The position numbers were made by a program, and so were the translations under genes. A DNA stretch of 64,000 nucleotides from a virus (Duplodnaviria; Caudoviricetes): the IMG/VR virus record IMGVR_UViG_3300028593_000003, one strand, 5' to 3'. This document shows, piece by piece, positions 18,258 to 27,973 of the stretch (the first letter of the stretch is position 1; each line of letters starts with the position of its first letter). The notes below the pieces were generated by a model. It was not told where the DNA came from and searched no databases. It saw only the letters and a program-made list of their open reading frames with translations.

Positions 18258-19982
18258 TTATGCCTTGGTGAATGTGAGAGCAACGGACAATCCATATGCA
18301 GGAGTTGGGTCGTGAACAGTATCCACATCAATGAATATCAGGTCACCCGTGGCAACATCATCATTACTTGCATTTATTACACCATCTCTTGCATAGTATT
18401 CACCGGAACCCACCGTGACAGGAGTTGACAACATATCAACCTCGGAGCCAGACCTTCTTCTCCTTATCTGTATATCCATATCGGGCTCAAATGTTCCCGT
18501 GCCCGGTGTAGCAACAGATGCAATTACATCCGTCAATTCATATCCGTTCAGGTCGAGAGGAATAACAAATCCTGTATATCCAGCACCGGATGCACATTGA
18601 GTATCAGAATCGAAAATAGGAACGGTGGTAAGAGCCAGAGACTCACCTGAAGTACCGGATGAACCGGATGTTCCTGCTTGTCCAGATGAACCAGATGAAC
18701 CGGAGGAACCCGATGAGCCTGAAGAACCTGATGAGCCGGAAGTTCCAGACGAGCCCGATGTGCCCGATGTTCCATATGCGGTATACGAAATCACAATTCT
18801 CTCATCATCAGAGAATGTTCCATTCCCTGAGATGTATGTAACTTCAATCCCCTTTGTATCTTCGGCTGTGGATGAATACTGTATGGTTAATTTTGGTGCA
18901 TCACCTGCGCCGTAACCATCATATGATCTTGGAACATAGTGATGAAATGCTGCTAAAGCAGGCCCATTATTATAAAACATCAATTGTAAAGCTTGGCCAG
19001 ATGCCCAGCCCGGCCTATTCACAATCTCTTGAATAATATTTGATATATCAATTGTATTATAAGTCTGGCCCGTTGTCCAAGTGCCGGGGGATGACCAATC
19101 ACCATATTCTGTTGTCTGTACCAGAGCGTGAAATTGTGTGTAGTTTGTTGGAGCCACAGCATTGTCAACATCGTTTCCATAAATGAGTATTGGTTGGCTA
19201 TTATTATTATCTTGATATGCTTTGAATGTAACATATGCGGCCAAAATAGATGACCCATTAGGAATAGTAACATTCTGCCATCTTACATTCGTATTGGCTG
19301 CTCCACAATGATAACCAAATCCAAGCCAATTCGCGGAGGCATAATATGTAGATATCAATTCATCCGTATGACCATCATCCGCTCCCGTGGCCACTTGAAA
19401 TGTCGGTGTTCCATCAGTAACTTCCCCATCTACATCGTAGACAGCGAATGTTGACGAATCATATTCAGAAAATACTCTTACTCTTCCGGGCACATTGTCT
19501 ATAATATCCTGTATCCAATCTTCAACATCCACACTATCATTGTTTGTCTTGTTTATATAAATTGCTGTAGACGCTGATGGTTCGGCAGTATTAAATCTGA
19601 GATAACCTGAATCAGTATCTCCACCGGATGTTTCTGTATCAAAATAATATGGTTGGCTATCTCCACCAAATAGACCTGATGAGCCACTTGTTCCCGATGA
19701 GCCACTTGTTCCCGAAGAACCGGATATTCCAGAACTTCCTGATGTTCCAGAGCCACTCGTTCCACTTGAACCGGAAGTTCCACTTGAACCGGAAGTTCCA
19801 CTTCCACCTCCACCAGTTCCCACTTCAAGCCAGTCAGCATCCGTTCCATAATAGAGTTTATCATCGGCCTCATTATAGACAAGTCTACCGTAATCATCGT
19901 CCGTCCACGCCGGAAGAGTTATCAACTTTTCAAGAATAAGTTTTCCCTGAAAATCTTTACCGTAACTTTTTGTTCTTGCCAT
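18258..19982 (-). CDS. Fibre/appendage protein with Gly-(Thr/Ser)-Ser repeats
   Basis: Shared N-module LPAW...GRLVYN; two GTS/GSS blocks. Confidence 0.75.
   Translation of the reverse strand: MARTKSYGKDFQGKLILEKLITLPAWTDDDYGRLVYNEADDKLYYGTDADWLEVGTGGGGSGTSGSSGTSGSSGTSGSGTSGSSGISGSSGTSGSSGTSGSSGLFGGDSQPYYFDTETSGGDTDSGYLRFNTAEPSASTAIYINKTNNDSVDVEDWIQDIIDNVPGRVRVFSEYDSSTFAVYDVDGEVTDGTPTFQVATGADDGHTDELISTYYASANWLGFGYHCGAANTNVRWQNVTIPNGSSILAAYVTFKAYQDNNNSQPILIYGNDVDNAVAPTNYTQFHALVQTTEYGDWSSPGTWTTGQTYNTIDISNIIQEIVNRPGWASGQALQLMFYNNGPALAAFHHYVPRSYDGYGAGDAPKLTIQYSSTAEDTKGIEVTYISGNGTFSDDERIVISYTAYGTSGTSGSSGTSGSSGSSGSSGSSGSSGSSGQAGTSGSSGTSGESLALTTVPIFDSDTQCASGAGYTGFVIPLDLNGYELTDVIASVATPGTGTFEPDMDIQIRRRRSGSEVDMLSTPVTVGSGEYYARDGVINASNDDVATGDLIFIDVDTVHDPTPAYGLSVALTFTKA
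18645..18773 (-). repeat. (G-T/S-S)n coding repeat, 43 aa
   Basis: GTSGTSGSSGTSGSSGSS... Confidence 0.95.
19674..19799 (-). repeat. (G-T/S-S)n coding repeat
   Basis: GTSGSSGTSGSSGTS... Confidence 0.95.
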
Positions 19983-19996
19983 TTATGTTTCCTCTA

Positions 19997-20569
19997 TTAT
20001 GATTTCGTGCAAATAATTCCTACTGCAGCATATGGCCTGTATGTGCTTGCAACACCGGAGGATGTTGTAACACCAGATGCTGAGCTGCTTGTTAATGTTC
20101 TGTTATATACCATATAATCAACCCATTCCGCATGACCACGGCCGACTGCAAGTTGACCATTACCGACTATATTAGCATGCGGCCATCCAGCATCGCCCGG
20201 TATTACTACTGAATGTGTGTGATCCGACACAGTATGTGTATGACCGGGCTGTGACCAAGTTCCTGCAAGGCTACCACCGGCAATATTATATGCCCCTGTT
20301 CCACCTTTCACACCCAAAAGGGTATCTGCCACGGAACCATCTATCGTCCATCCAGCCGGGGCTGTATTCTGATAAAAATACATCTTCACACCGGAAACAA
20401 TACCGGAAGATATGGATACCAGAACCCAATCCGCAGATGTTCCATAATAAAGACCGTCAATTGATTGGTCATAAACCAATCTACCTTCATCCTCCGAAGT
20501 CCAAGCCGGGAGAGATGCCACTCTCTGGACAAGAACCGGGCCCTTGCCGTCAAATCCGTAAGAATCCAT
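19997..20569 (-). CDS. Short fibre/appendage protein, paralog of 10129..10926
   Basis: LPAW...GRLVYD; TAPAGWT...LLGVKGGTGAYN...GTW...HTH...VGIIC. Confidence 0.75.
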   Translation of the reverse strand: MDSYGFDGKGPVLVQRVASLPAWTSEDEGRLVYDQSIDGLYYGTSADWVLVSISSGIVSGVKMYFYQNTAPAGWTIDGSVADTLLGVKGGTGAYNIAGGSLAGTWSQPGHTHTVSDHTHSVVIPGDAGWPHANIVGNGQLAVGRGHAEWVDYMVYNRTLTSSSASGVTTSSGVASTYRPYAAVGIICTKS

Positions 20570-20590
20570 CTATATTTCCTCTTTTGTTAC

Positions 20591-20776
20591 TTATTTTTTC
20601 TTTGGCCTTTTATCTGACATTTCTTCCAGACGCGTCTTGAACTTTTCAAGGCCTTCTTTCTGCTTGAGAAGCATAGCTTTCTCATCGTCTTTGGCGGTAA
20701 GGAGCTTCTCCTCCACCATCTTCAATCTCTTCTCTATCATCTGTGCTCTCATATCAAATATTCTGTCAATTCCCAT
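20591..20776 (-). CDS. Small coiled-coil hypothetical protein
   Basis: RBS GGAGG; CATAAATA upstream at 20807-20814. Confidence 0.6.
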   Translation of the reverse strand: MGIDRIFDMRAQMIEKRLKMVEEKLLTAKDDEKAMLLKQKEGLEKFKTRLEEMSDKRPKKK

Positions 20777-20809
20777 TTTGTACCTCCAAAATATGTTACT
20801 CTATAGTAT

Positions 20810-22276
20810 TTATGTAATATTTGAAAATCTTGTGATACTTGAAGCTTGTGCTCCGGTTGAAAAATCCACCTTTAGCTTCGCAAAATCTGTGTATCTGTAA
20901 TAAACATCCGCATCACCCGTGTCTACTGCGATTGTGACGGAGTTGAACCAAATCCTACCAAGGCCCAGAACATTCGGTCTTGTCCAAAAAGTAACTGTGG
21001 CAGAGGAAGAACCATAACTTGTATCGGATGTTCCAAAAGCCTCCAGAGCATACATCAATGACGAAATATACCCGAAATTGAACAAACTCTGGCCTGAACC
21101 ATTGTCATTGTTTATAATCCCCACTCCTGCCAAATTTATTCCGTATGTGTTTCTGTGGGAAATCGCCTTATCTCCCCTTGTTTTCCAATCCGTTTTGGTT
21201 TCATATCCACCTGAACCGGAAAATGCCGTGGTGTTTATCGGAAAACTTTCTAGCAGATACCAATCTGTAGTAATCAATGTAGAGGCAGACAGGCCGGCGT
21301 TCCAAGTTGAATTTGGATAGCTCGGATCATTTTCAGTTCCAATAATGTGATCCATATTCCATGCATTGACAAAACAGATATTGGAATATGTTCTTCCGTG
21401 AACATAATTTACTTTCTGGTTGAAATTGTCTCTCGGTATTCCGTGATCATATCCGCATTCATCCATAAAGATACCGTGAACCTGCATATCGTTCCATTGA
21501 TCTGTCTTTGTCTGGAAATTCGCGTATGTCTGGTTACAAGTTACATATCCAAATATTTTTGTCTGTGGGTTCAGAACTTTTATCCTGTTTATAATTGTAT
21601 GTGCATTTTCGTGGTCACCGTGGGATGGGTCTTGAATACCGTCACCAAAGATAATCAAATTATATCTCGCCATATCCTGTGCAACTTTCTCATTATCCCA
21701 GCTGTTTATTGCGTAATTGAATGAATTTGTCCACCCATAATAAATCAACAAATTCAGCGGCGCTTGGTATCCATATGACTTTATCTCTCTCCTGTGCCAT
21801 CCCGTGTCACCGTGTATTACTTCCAGATTGAGAGTTCTTCCGAGATGCTCGACTTCCCTTCCACTCTCACCAAGTAATGGCTGAAATCCTTCTTCATATA
21901 ATGGGTCGCCAGGAGCATTGTAAAACTCCTTCAACATCGTGAGAATGTCCATAAAGAGATTGGTAGCTTTTTTTCCCGTTGGTGTATCAGTAACAATCTC
22001 CGGTGTAAACTCTATAACTTCAGAACCATCTATCAAGAAAGCATTGTCATCAAATCTTGTCCTGAAGTATGCTTCTCCCTCAAGAGCGTTGGTATAGAAC
22101 TTGGAACCGTCGCCTACCTGTAGATAACCATTCCTGATGGCTGTCAATGTATTATCGCTATTGATGAATGTATCCTGCCTACCTTCCGTGTTGAACTCCT
22201 GCCCGGAACTTATTGTTTTCCCCACATCAGATAACAAAATAGAATTGTCAGTTACATTCTTCAAAATCTTTATCAT
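20810..22276 (-). CDS. Virion-region protein with glycoside-hydrolase-like TIM barrel
   Basis: LLIYYGW, KIFGYV, GIFMDECGYD, FVNAWN, YLLESF resemble GH114/GH135-type barrels. Confidence 0.55.
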   Translation of the reverse strand: MIKILKNVTDNSILLSDVGKTISSGQEFNTEGRQDTFINSDNTLTAIRNGYLQVGDGSKFYTNALEGEAYFRTRFDDNAFLIDGSEVIEFTPEIVTDTPTGKKATNLFMDILTMLKEFYNAPGDPLYEEGFQPLLGESGREVEHLGRTLNLEVIHGDTGWHRREIKSYGYQAPLNLLIYYGWTNSFNYAINSWDNEKVAQDMARYNLIIFGDGIQDPSHGDHENAHTIINRIKVLNPQTKIFGYVTCNQTYANFQTKTDQWNDMQVHGIFMDECGYDHGIPRDNFNQKVNYVHGRTYSNICFVNAWNMDHIIGTENDPSYPNSTWNAGLSASTLITTDWYLLESFPINTTAFSGSGGYETKTDWKTRGDKAISHRNTYGINLAGVGIINNDNGSGQSLFNFGYISSLMYALEAFGTSDTSYGSSSATVTFWTRPNVLGLGRIWFNSVTIAVDTGDADVYYRYTDFAKLKVDFSTGAQASSITRFSNIT

Positions 22277-22960
22277 TTATTGCCTCCAAGCAACTTCCAA
22301 AACGACGATGGGATTGGACACCGCACCATCATCACCCTCACAATGAACTTTCAACTGGTCACCGGCTGTCAAATTGATATTGCTACTCATATTTTCATAT
22401 ACGAGGCTGCTCAACGAAAAACTGGACAGTTCCACATCTCCACTCTGGATTTTGAAACCTTTTGAATTATTTCCACCGCTTGCCCTACAGGAAACTCCGG
22501 TTATAACAGCATTTTTGGGCATCTGATATGCCGTAGTTGAACCATAGACTGTCATAATTTTCAGATATTCATTATCAGCATCACCATCAAAAGCAAAAAT
22601 ATATGTCATCCTATATAATGTTCTCCATTTGCTTCGATCATCATCCCAAATATATCTCAAATTATCATTTGTATTCAGCCAGGTCATCGTCTTATCCGAT
22701 GGTGGCGTGTCCTCTTCAAAAATAATCTCAATCTTCGTATTGAATACTGGGATTTCGTCATTATTTGATACAATGTCATCCAATTTTGTTTTATCTCCGG
22801 CTGATAACTCAACATCCCAAGTAATCTTCAACTCTTGAGAAGCTTCACTCCAATTGCAATACTGGATATTTTTATTGGACATATCGGAACTTGCAACATC
22901 ATTATGAATACCGTCCATATATGGCTTCACACTTATATCTGAATATGTATATGTAAACAT
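22277..22960 (-). CDS. Putative virion structural protein
   Basis: 227-aa ORF in the fibre cluster. Confidence 0.55.
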   Translation of the reverse strand: MFTYTYSDISVKPYMDGIHNDVASSDMSNKNIQYCNWSEASQELKITWDVELSAGDKTKLDDIVSNNDEIPVFNTKIEIIFEEDTPPSDKTMTWLNTNDNLRYIWDDDRSKWRTLYRMTYIFAFDGDADNEYLKIMTVYGSTTAYQMPKNAVITGVSCRASGGNNSKGFKIQSGDVELSSFSLSSLVYENMSSNINLTAGDQLKVHCEGDDGAVSNPIVVLEVAWRQ

Positions 22961-23787
22961 TATGATCTCCTCATTATGAATATTCTTGCTCGCCTAATCA
23001 TCGCCGTACCAACACCACCAACTCTTGCATATTTTATATTGAACGCGTATGATGAAGAAGCCACAAGGGCGTTGTTCTTGAAACTTGAATATACTCTATA
23101 TTCATTGGCAGACGATGGTGAATAATATGATACATTGATTTCAGTACCATCTCTGTCAAATTCAAGCACAGTTGATTTAGCCGCATTGGTATTTGCCACC
23201 TCGGCCGAGAAGAAAATAATGTAATTTCCTGAAGCCGTGGGTGTATAATTGAGTGTCAATTTTGTTTGTAATGCTGTATCAGTTGTTGTGCTTTCAGTTT
23301 CATCTTCTGCATAATCATTTGTGCTATATCCACTCGTTCCTGATGAACCAGAAGTGCCAGAAGAACCGCTTGTTCCACTTGAACCGCTCGTACCTGATGA
23401 GCCAGAACTACCCGATGTTCCACTCGAACCGCTGGTTCCTGATGATCCACTACTACCTGAAGTTCCACTTGAACCTGAAGTGCCACTTGAGCCCGATGTT
23501 CCAGAGCTTCCTGATGTTCCACTACTTCCCGATGTTCCAGAGGAACCAGAGGTGCCAGAACTGCCAGATGTTCCAGACCCGGCACCCGATGTGCCAGATG
23601 TTCCGGACGAACCCGATGTTCCACCGGCTCCTGTCGCAGCAATCCAACCAGTATCACCACCAACATAAAGAATATTGTTGGGATCATCCCACACAAGCCT
23701 ACCTTCATCTTCCGGTGTCCAAGCCGGCATTACACTCACTTTCTGTATTGTTACTTTGCCTTTTCCTGTAAATCCGTATGTTCTCAT
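22960..23787 (-). CDS. Fibre/appendage protein with long G-(T/S)-S repeat
   Basis: Shared N-module MPAW...GRLVWD; 98-aa repeat; small C-terminal beta domain. Confidence 0.75.
   Translation of the reverse strand: MRTYGFTGKGKVTIQKVSVMPAWTPEDEGRLVWDDPNNILYVGGDTGWIAATGAGGTSGSSGTSGTSGAGSGTSGSSGTSGSSGTSGSSGTSGSSGTSGSSGTSGSSGTSGSSGSSGTSGSSGTSGSSGSSGTSGSSGTSGSSGTSGSSGTSGYSTNDYAEDETESTTTDTALQTKLTLNYTPTASGNYIIFFSAEVANTNAAKSTVLEFDRDGTEINVSYYSPSSANEYRVYSSFKNNALVASSSYAFNIKYARVGGVGTAMIRRARIFIMRRS
23329..23622 (-). repeat. (GTSGSS)n coding repeat, 98 aa
   Basis: Direct translation. Confidence 0.95.
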
Positions 23788-23797
23788 TCTTTACCTA

Positions 23798-26700
23798 TCA
23801 AAGTTTGATAATATAATTCATCGTTATATATGGTTGCATATTGTTATGTGCCACACCACCACCCGTATAGCCTGTATTTGTGGGATAAGCCGCATATTGA
23901 TTTACACCGCCACCTATTATTGAATTAAAGCCAGACCATAATGGTTGATTATATGTATGGGTATGACTTGGCATTTCAGCGGTAGAAAGGGTATGATTTT
24001 CTTCTCCACCACTTCCCGCGATAAGATCGGCCGAGGCGGCAGTTACTCTATTTGCAGAACTTCCACCCATATTGTCTTTACCAAGTGGCACTCTGCCTCT
24101 CAAGTCAGGAAGCGGCATCCTCTTGTTTGCAGCAAAATCTGTGGCCGCAGTTACACCCCTTGTCGTTGGAGACCCCGCACTATCTTGAATTACAAGTTCT
24201 GTATTTGTAGTTGAGTTCCAGAGAAGTTCAAACAATGTCTGTGTATCTGCATTTGCTCTTCCAGTTGCGCCAGAAGAAACACTACCGATTGTCTTACCAT
24301 CAGAGAGAAGCCATCCAGTTGGCGCCACCGTTCCGATATATGGGAACAGAACGCCTGTCGGTGTCAAATCACCTGAGACACCACTTGTTCCGGATGTTCC
24401 AGAACTACCATATGTTCCGATTGTTCCAACTCCACCAACGACAGAGCAGATACCGGAAACCGGAGTAGAAAATGTTATCTCGATATTGTTCTCGTCAATG
24501 AACTCTATACTCTGTGGCTCAATATAAAAATCATCACTCGTGCATTGGACATTGACATATTTTACACCGAGATTGTGGGTAATATCCCATGCGGTTACCG
24601 GAGAGGAGAATGTATATATCAGTTCCCCAACAACCAGACCACCACCGGAAGAAATAAATGCGTGACCCGATACTGCCTCAGAGAATGTTATCGTAAGATT
24701 ATTCTCATCATCAAATTTGATACTGTCAGGAAGTATAGTATACGCATCACCATCGGTAACTTCAACAACACAGTATTGACAATTCAAAATATGGTTGATA
24801 GACCAAGTTGATGCCGGTACTGTTTGGGTGTGAAGATATCCTCTACCACTTGTACCGGATGTTCCTGCTGTTCCACTCGTTCCACTTGTTCCTGTTTGCC
24901 CTCTATTACCGATACCGAGAACAACTTCATCCTCATCGTTCAATGTTCCGTGACCAACAAGATATGCCACATTGAATTTGTAATATCCGGCAGCCGATGT
25001 TGGTGCACTCAAAAGTAAATAGTCGTGAAAAATCTCCACACTATTCTGGTTCATTATTCTGACAGCATTGCTATCGACAAGACTTGCAATCCAAGCCTCG
25101 ACATCCACGGCAAATCTATTCAGAGTGTCAACATAAATGTATGTTGCGAGTGACGGGTCTGAATTGTTCAATTTGATATGCCCGCTTGGTGGGTCACTAT
25201 CTGTAGTGTTATCATCAAACCAGTACAAATGTGCATTTGCACCAAGACCTGCGAGACCGGATGTTCCGGAAGTTCCCGCATCACCCGTTGGAACAAAACC
25301 AATCTGAAGGTCATCATCTTCCCTGAATGCACCGGAAACTGCCGGTGAACTTGAGGCAATCAGACCAACGTGAAGTTTCCTGTATTGTGGGTCAATATCA
25401 GTCGTTCCGTTTATTTCAAAGTATACATAATCACTTTCATCGTGATCTCTCCAAATCTTGACATAACCCTTTGACCACAATGATGTACTGTCATCCATCA
25501 AGTCAATCCAAGAAGTCAAATCCTGACCATATCTGTCCATAAGGTCGATATAAATCCTTGTGACTGATGAAAATGTTGTGCTGTTAAACTTCAGATGGCC
25601 GATATTCGGGTCACCGTCTGAAGTATCGTCCTCAAATCTGTATGGTATACCCCAGGCAGCCGAGAAACCACTTGTTCCACTTGAACCGGATGTTCCACTT
25701 TCTCCGCTTGAGCCCGATGTTCCCGAGCTTCCCGATGTTCCATCAGCCCCATCAAATCCGGAAGTGCCGGAAGTTCCGTCTATACCGGAAGTTCCTGCTG
25801 TTCCCGATGTGCCGGAAGTGCCATCAATACCCGATGTGCCCGATGTTCCGGATGTTGCTGATGTTCCTGATGTTCCCGCCGTTCCACTTGAACCGGACGA
25901 ACCGGATGTTCCTGATGTTCCCGCCGTTCCACTTGAACCGGAGCTTCCACTTGAACCGGATGAACCGGAAATACCAGAGGTTCCGTCTATACCAGAGGTT
26001 CCAGAACTTCCTGATGTTCCCCAACCTGATGTACCGGAAGAACCCGAGCTTCCCGATGAACCACTACTGCCGGAAGAGCCACTTGAACCGGAACTACCAC
26101 TTGAACCGGAACTACCACTCGTTCCCGCCGTTCCAGAAGTTCCAGAAGTTCCTGAAGTTCCTGAAGTACCGGAACTTCCGCTCATTCCCGATGTACCAGA
26201 GGTTCCACTTGAACCACTTGATCCACTTGTTCCACTCGTACCCGATGTTCCAGAGGTTCCATCATCTCCGGTTGGTGTCATCGTGAGAACGATTTTCTCA
26301 CCGGAGCTGAAAAGAGCACCGCTGAAACCAACACAGGATACCCAAAATCTCTTGTACCCTGAGCGGGCTGTCAATCCAGTTATGTTGTAAAGAACAAACT
26401 TCGTTGGATTGGCTTCTGAAAAAATCTTGATAAGTGAATTGTTGTTTGATAGTGTAAAAATATCAAGCCAATCTTCAAGATTTGCACCATTATCATCCCA
26501 AAAACTTACATTGATACGGGATACAGATGTATAAGCCGTATTATTGAAGAGGAGTTTACCGGATGTTGGGTCTGCATCGGATGTTGACGAATTGAATGAG
26601 TAAAGGGCGCTTGCTCCACCGAACAAACCATCAGCACCGGAAGTACCTGATGAGCCCGATGTTCCCGCAGAACCGGCAAGGCCCGATGTTCCTGAAGTTC

Positions 26701-27973
26701 CACTTGAACCGCTTGAACCGGACGAACCTGATGTTCCTGAGCTTCCAGATGTTCCACTTGTTCCGGCTGTTCCCGATGTTCCTGAAGTGCCGGAAGTTCC
26801 TACTGCACCACCACCACTTACGAAAGTCGCGCTTCCCGAAACTGGAATATCGAATGTCAATATTACATTGTCATCATCGACATAGAGAACATCTCCGGGC
26901 TCAATACCATACCCATCGCCGTTCATTACTGCTACGGCAACTGGTTGTACTCCAAGGCCGTGATAGATAGACCATCCAGTAGACGGTACTGATTGTGTAT
27001 AAGTAAACGCACCACCGATAGCAGATACACCCGATGTTCCTGTTCCCGCAATAATTCTTGCGTGACCAGAAACTTCTTCAGAGAATGTAATCCAGAGATT
27101 GTTACTGTCCTCAAAAAGTATACCGGATGGGATGATATACATATCATCTTCATCAGCCACTTCGACAATTACATACTGCTCTCCGAGGTTATGTGTGACA
27201 TACCACGCTGAGGATGGTACTGATTGTGTATGAAGATATCCGCCCGGGAATGTAGTTTCGCCGGAAGTTCCTGATGAGCCGGATGTTCCATCTATACCTG
27301 ATGTACCGGAACTGCCACTTGTACCGGATGAACCGGATGTTCCATCACCTGATGTACCGGAGCTTCCACTTGTACCGGAGCCCGCAACAATCTTGGCTTG
27401 GCCAGCAATATCTGATGGAAATGTAATTACAAGATTGTTACTGTCAATATACTGAATTTCAGAAGGAATAATAAAAAGGTCGCTATCGTCTGAAACCTCG
27501 ACAACAACATATTTATCACCGAGATTGTGTGTTACAGACCAGGCAGAAGAAGCGACAGATTGAGTAAAGAGATACCCGCCGGGGTATGTTGTTTCGCCGG
27601 AAGTACCGGAACTGCCCGAGGTGCCAGCTGGGCCTGTAAGACCCATAGCACCGGATGTTCCTGATGTTCCTGATGTTCCTGATGACCCATCAATACCCCG
27701 CCTGAAAATATCAATATTCTCATAACGGGTTTCACCAACGACAATATCGAATTTCTGTGTGGTGACATAATCACCATCATCTACATAGAAATTGAAAAGG
27801 CCGTAAGCATCGGATTCCAGTTGTGGAGCAATTTGAATTGCCGTTCCACCAGTTTGCTCGAGATAGACCTTGGCCGCTGTCGTGGTTCCGGCCAAGTATA
27901 CGGAAACATCAACTCCTTCCAATACATTTCCGTAACTATCTCTCGACCTACCAATAAAATGATATCTTGCCAT
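23798..27973 (-). CDS. Large modular tail fibre (1391 aa) with G-(T/S)-S linkers and tail-collar domain
   Basis: Five W.(V/I).H.L modules; three D.DP..G modules; C-terminal collar APTGWLLSDG...PDLRGR...GGEENHTL...HNNMQPY. Confidence 0.85.
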   Translation of the reverse strand: MARYHFIGRSRDSYGNVLEGVDVSVYLAGTTTAAKVYLEQTGGTAIQIAPQLESDAYGLFNFYVDDGDYVTTQKFDIVVGETRYENIDIFRRGIDGSSGTSGTSGTSGAMGLTGPAGTSGSSGTSGETTYPGGYLFTQSVASSAWSVTHNLGDKYVVVEVSDDSDLFIIPSEIQYIDSNNLVITFPSDIAGQAKIVAGSGTSGSSGTSGDGTSGSSGTSGSSGTSGIDGTSGSSGTSGETTFPGGYLHTQSVPSSAWYVTHNLGEQYVIVEVADEDDMYIIPSGILFEDSNNLWITFSEEVSGHARIIAGTGTSGVSAIGGAFTYTQSVPSTGWSIYHGLGVQPVAVAVMNGDGYGIEPGDVLYVDDDNVILTFDIPVSGSATFVSGGGAVGTSGTSGTSGTAGTSGTSGSSGTSGSSGSSGSSGTSGTSGLAGSAGTSGSSGTSGADGLFGGASALYSFNSSTSDADPTSGKLLFNNTAYTSVSRINVSFWDDNGANLEDWLDIFTLSNNNSLIKIFSEANPTKFVLYNITGLTARSGYKRFWVSCVGFSGALFSSGEKIVLTMTPTGDDGTSGTSGTSGTSGSSGSSGTSGTSGMSGSSGTSGTSGTSGTSGTAGTSGSSGSSGSSGSSGSSGSSGSSGSSGSSGTSGWGTSGSSGTSGIDGTSGISGSSGSSGSSGSSGTAGTSGTSGSSGSSGTAGTSGTSATSGTSGTSGIDGTSGTSGTAGTSGIDGTSGTSGFDGADGTSGSSGTSGSSGESGTSGSSGTSGFSAAWGIPYRFEDDTSDGDPNIGHLKFNSTTFSSVTRIYIDLMDRYGQDLTSWIDLMDDSTSLWSKGYVKIWRDHDESDYVYFEINGTTDIDPQYRKLHVGLIASSSPAVSGAFREDDDLQIGFVPTGDAGTSGTSGLAGLGANAHLYWFDDNTTDSDPPSGHIKLNNSDPSLATYIYVDTLNRFAVDVEAWIASLVDSNAVRIMNQNSVEIFHDYLLLSAPTSAAGYYKFNVAYLVGHGTLNDEDEVVLGIGNRGQTGTSGTSGTAGTSGTSGRGYLHTQTVPASTWSINHILNCQYCVVEVTDGDAYTILPDSIKFDDENNLTITFSEAVSGHAFISSGGGLVVGELIYTFSSPVTAWDITHNLGVKYVNVQCTSDDFYIEPQSIEFIDENNIEITFSTPVSGICSVVGGVGTIGTYGSSGTSGTSGVSGDLTPTGVLFPYIGTVAPTGWLLSDGKTIGSVSSGATGRANADTQTLFELLWNSTTNTELVIQDSAGSPTTRGVTAATDFAANKRMPLPDLRGRVPLGKDNMGGSSANRVTAASADLIAGSGGEENHTLSTAEMPSHTHTYNQPLWSGFNSIIGGGVNQYAAYPTNTGYTGGGVAHNNMQPYITMNYIIKL
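25667..26260 (-). repeat. (G-T/S-S)n coding repeat, 198 aa
   Basis: Longest block; synonymous codons are diversified. Confidence 0.95.

Noticed and set aside
23329-26260. Repeats as a CRISPR array or DNA-level VNTR
   Set aside because: 9-bp periodic, synonymously varied and in frame within CDSs; no constant repeat with unique spacers and no cas genes.
25560-26390. Plus-strand PEVP/PDVP-repeat ORFs (also 18625..18915 and 23321..23668)
   Set aside because: Antisense shadows of the G-T/S-S codons; no RBS or independent support.
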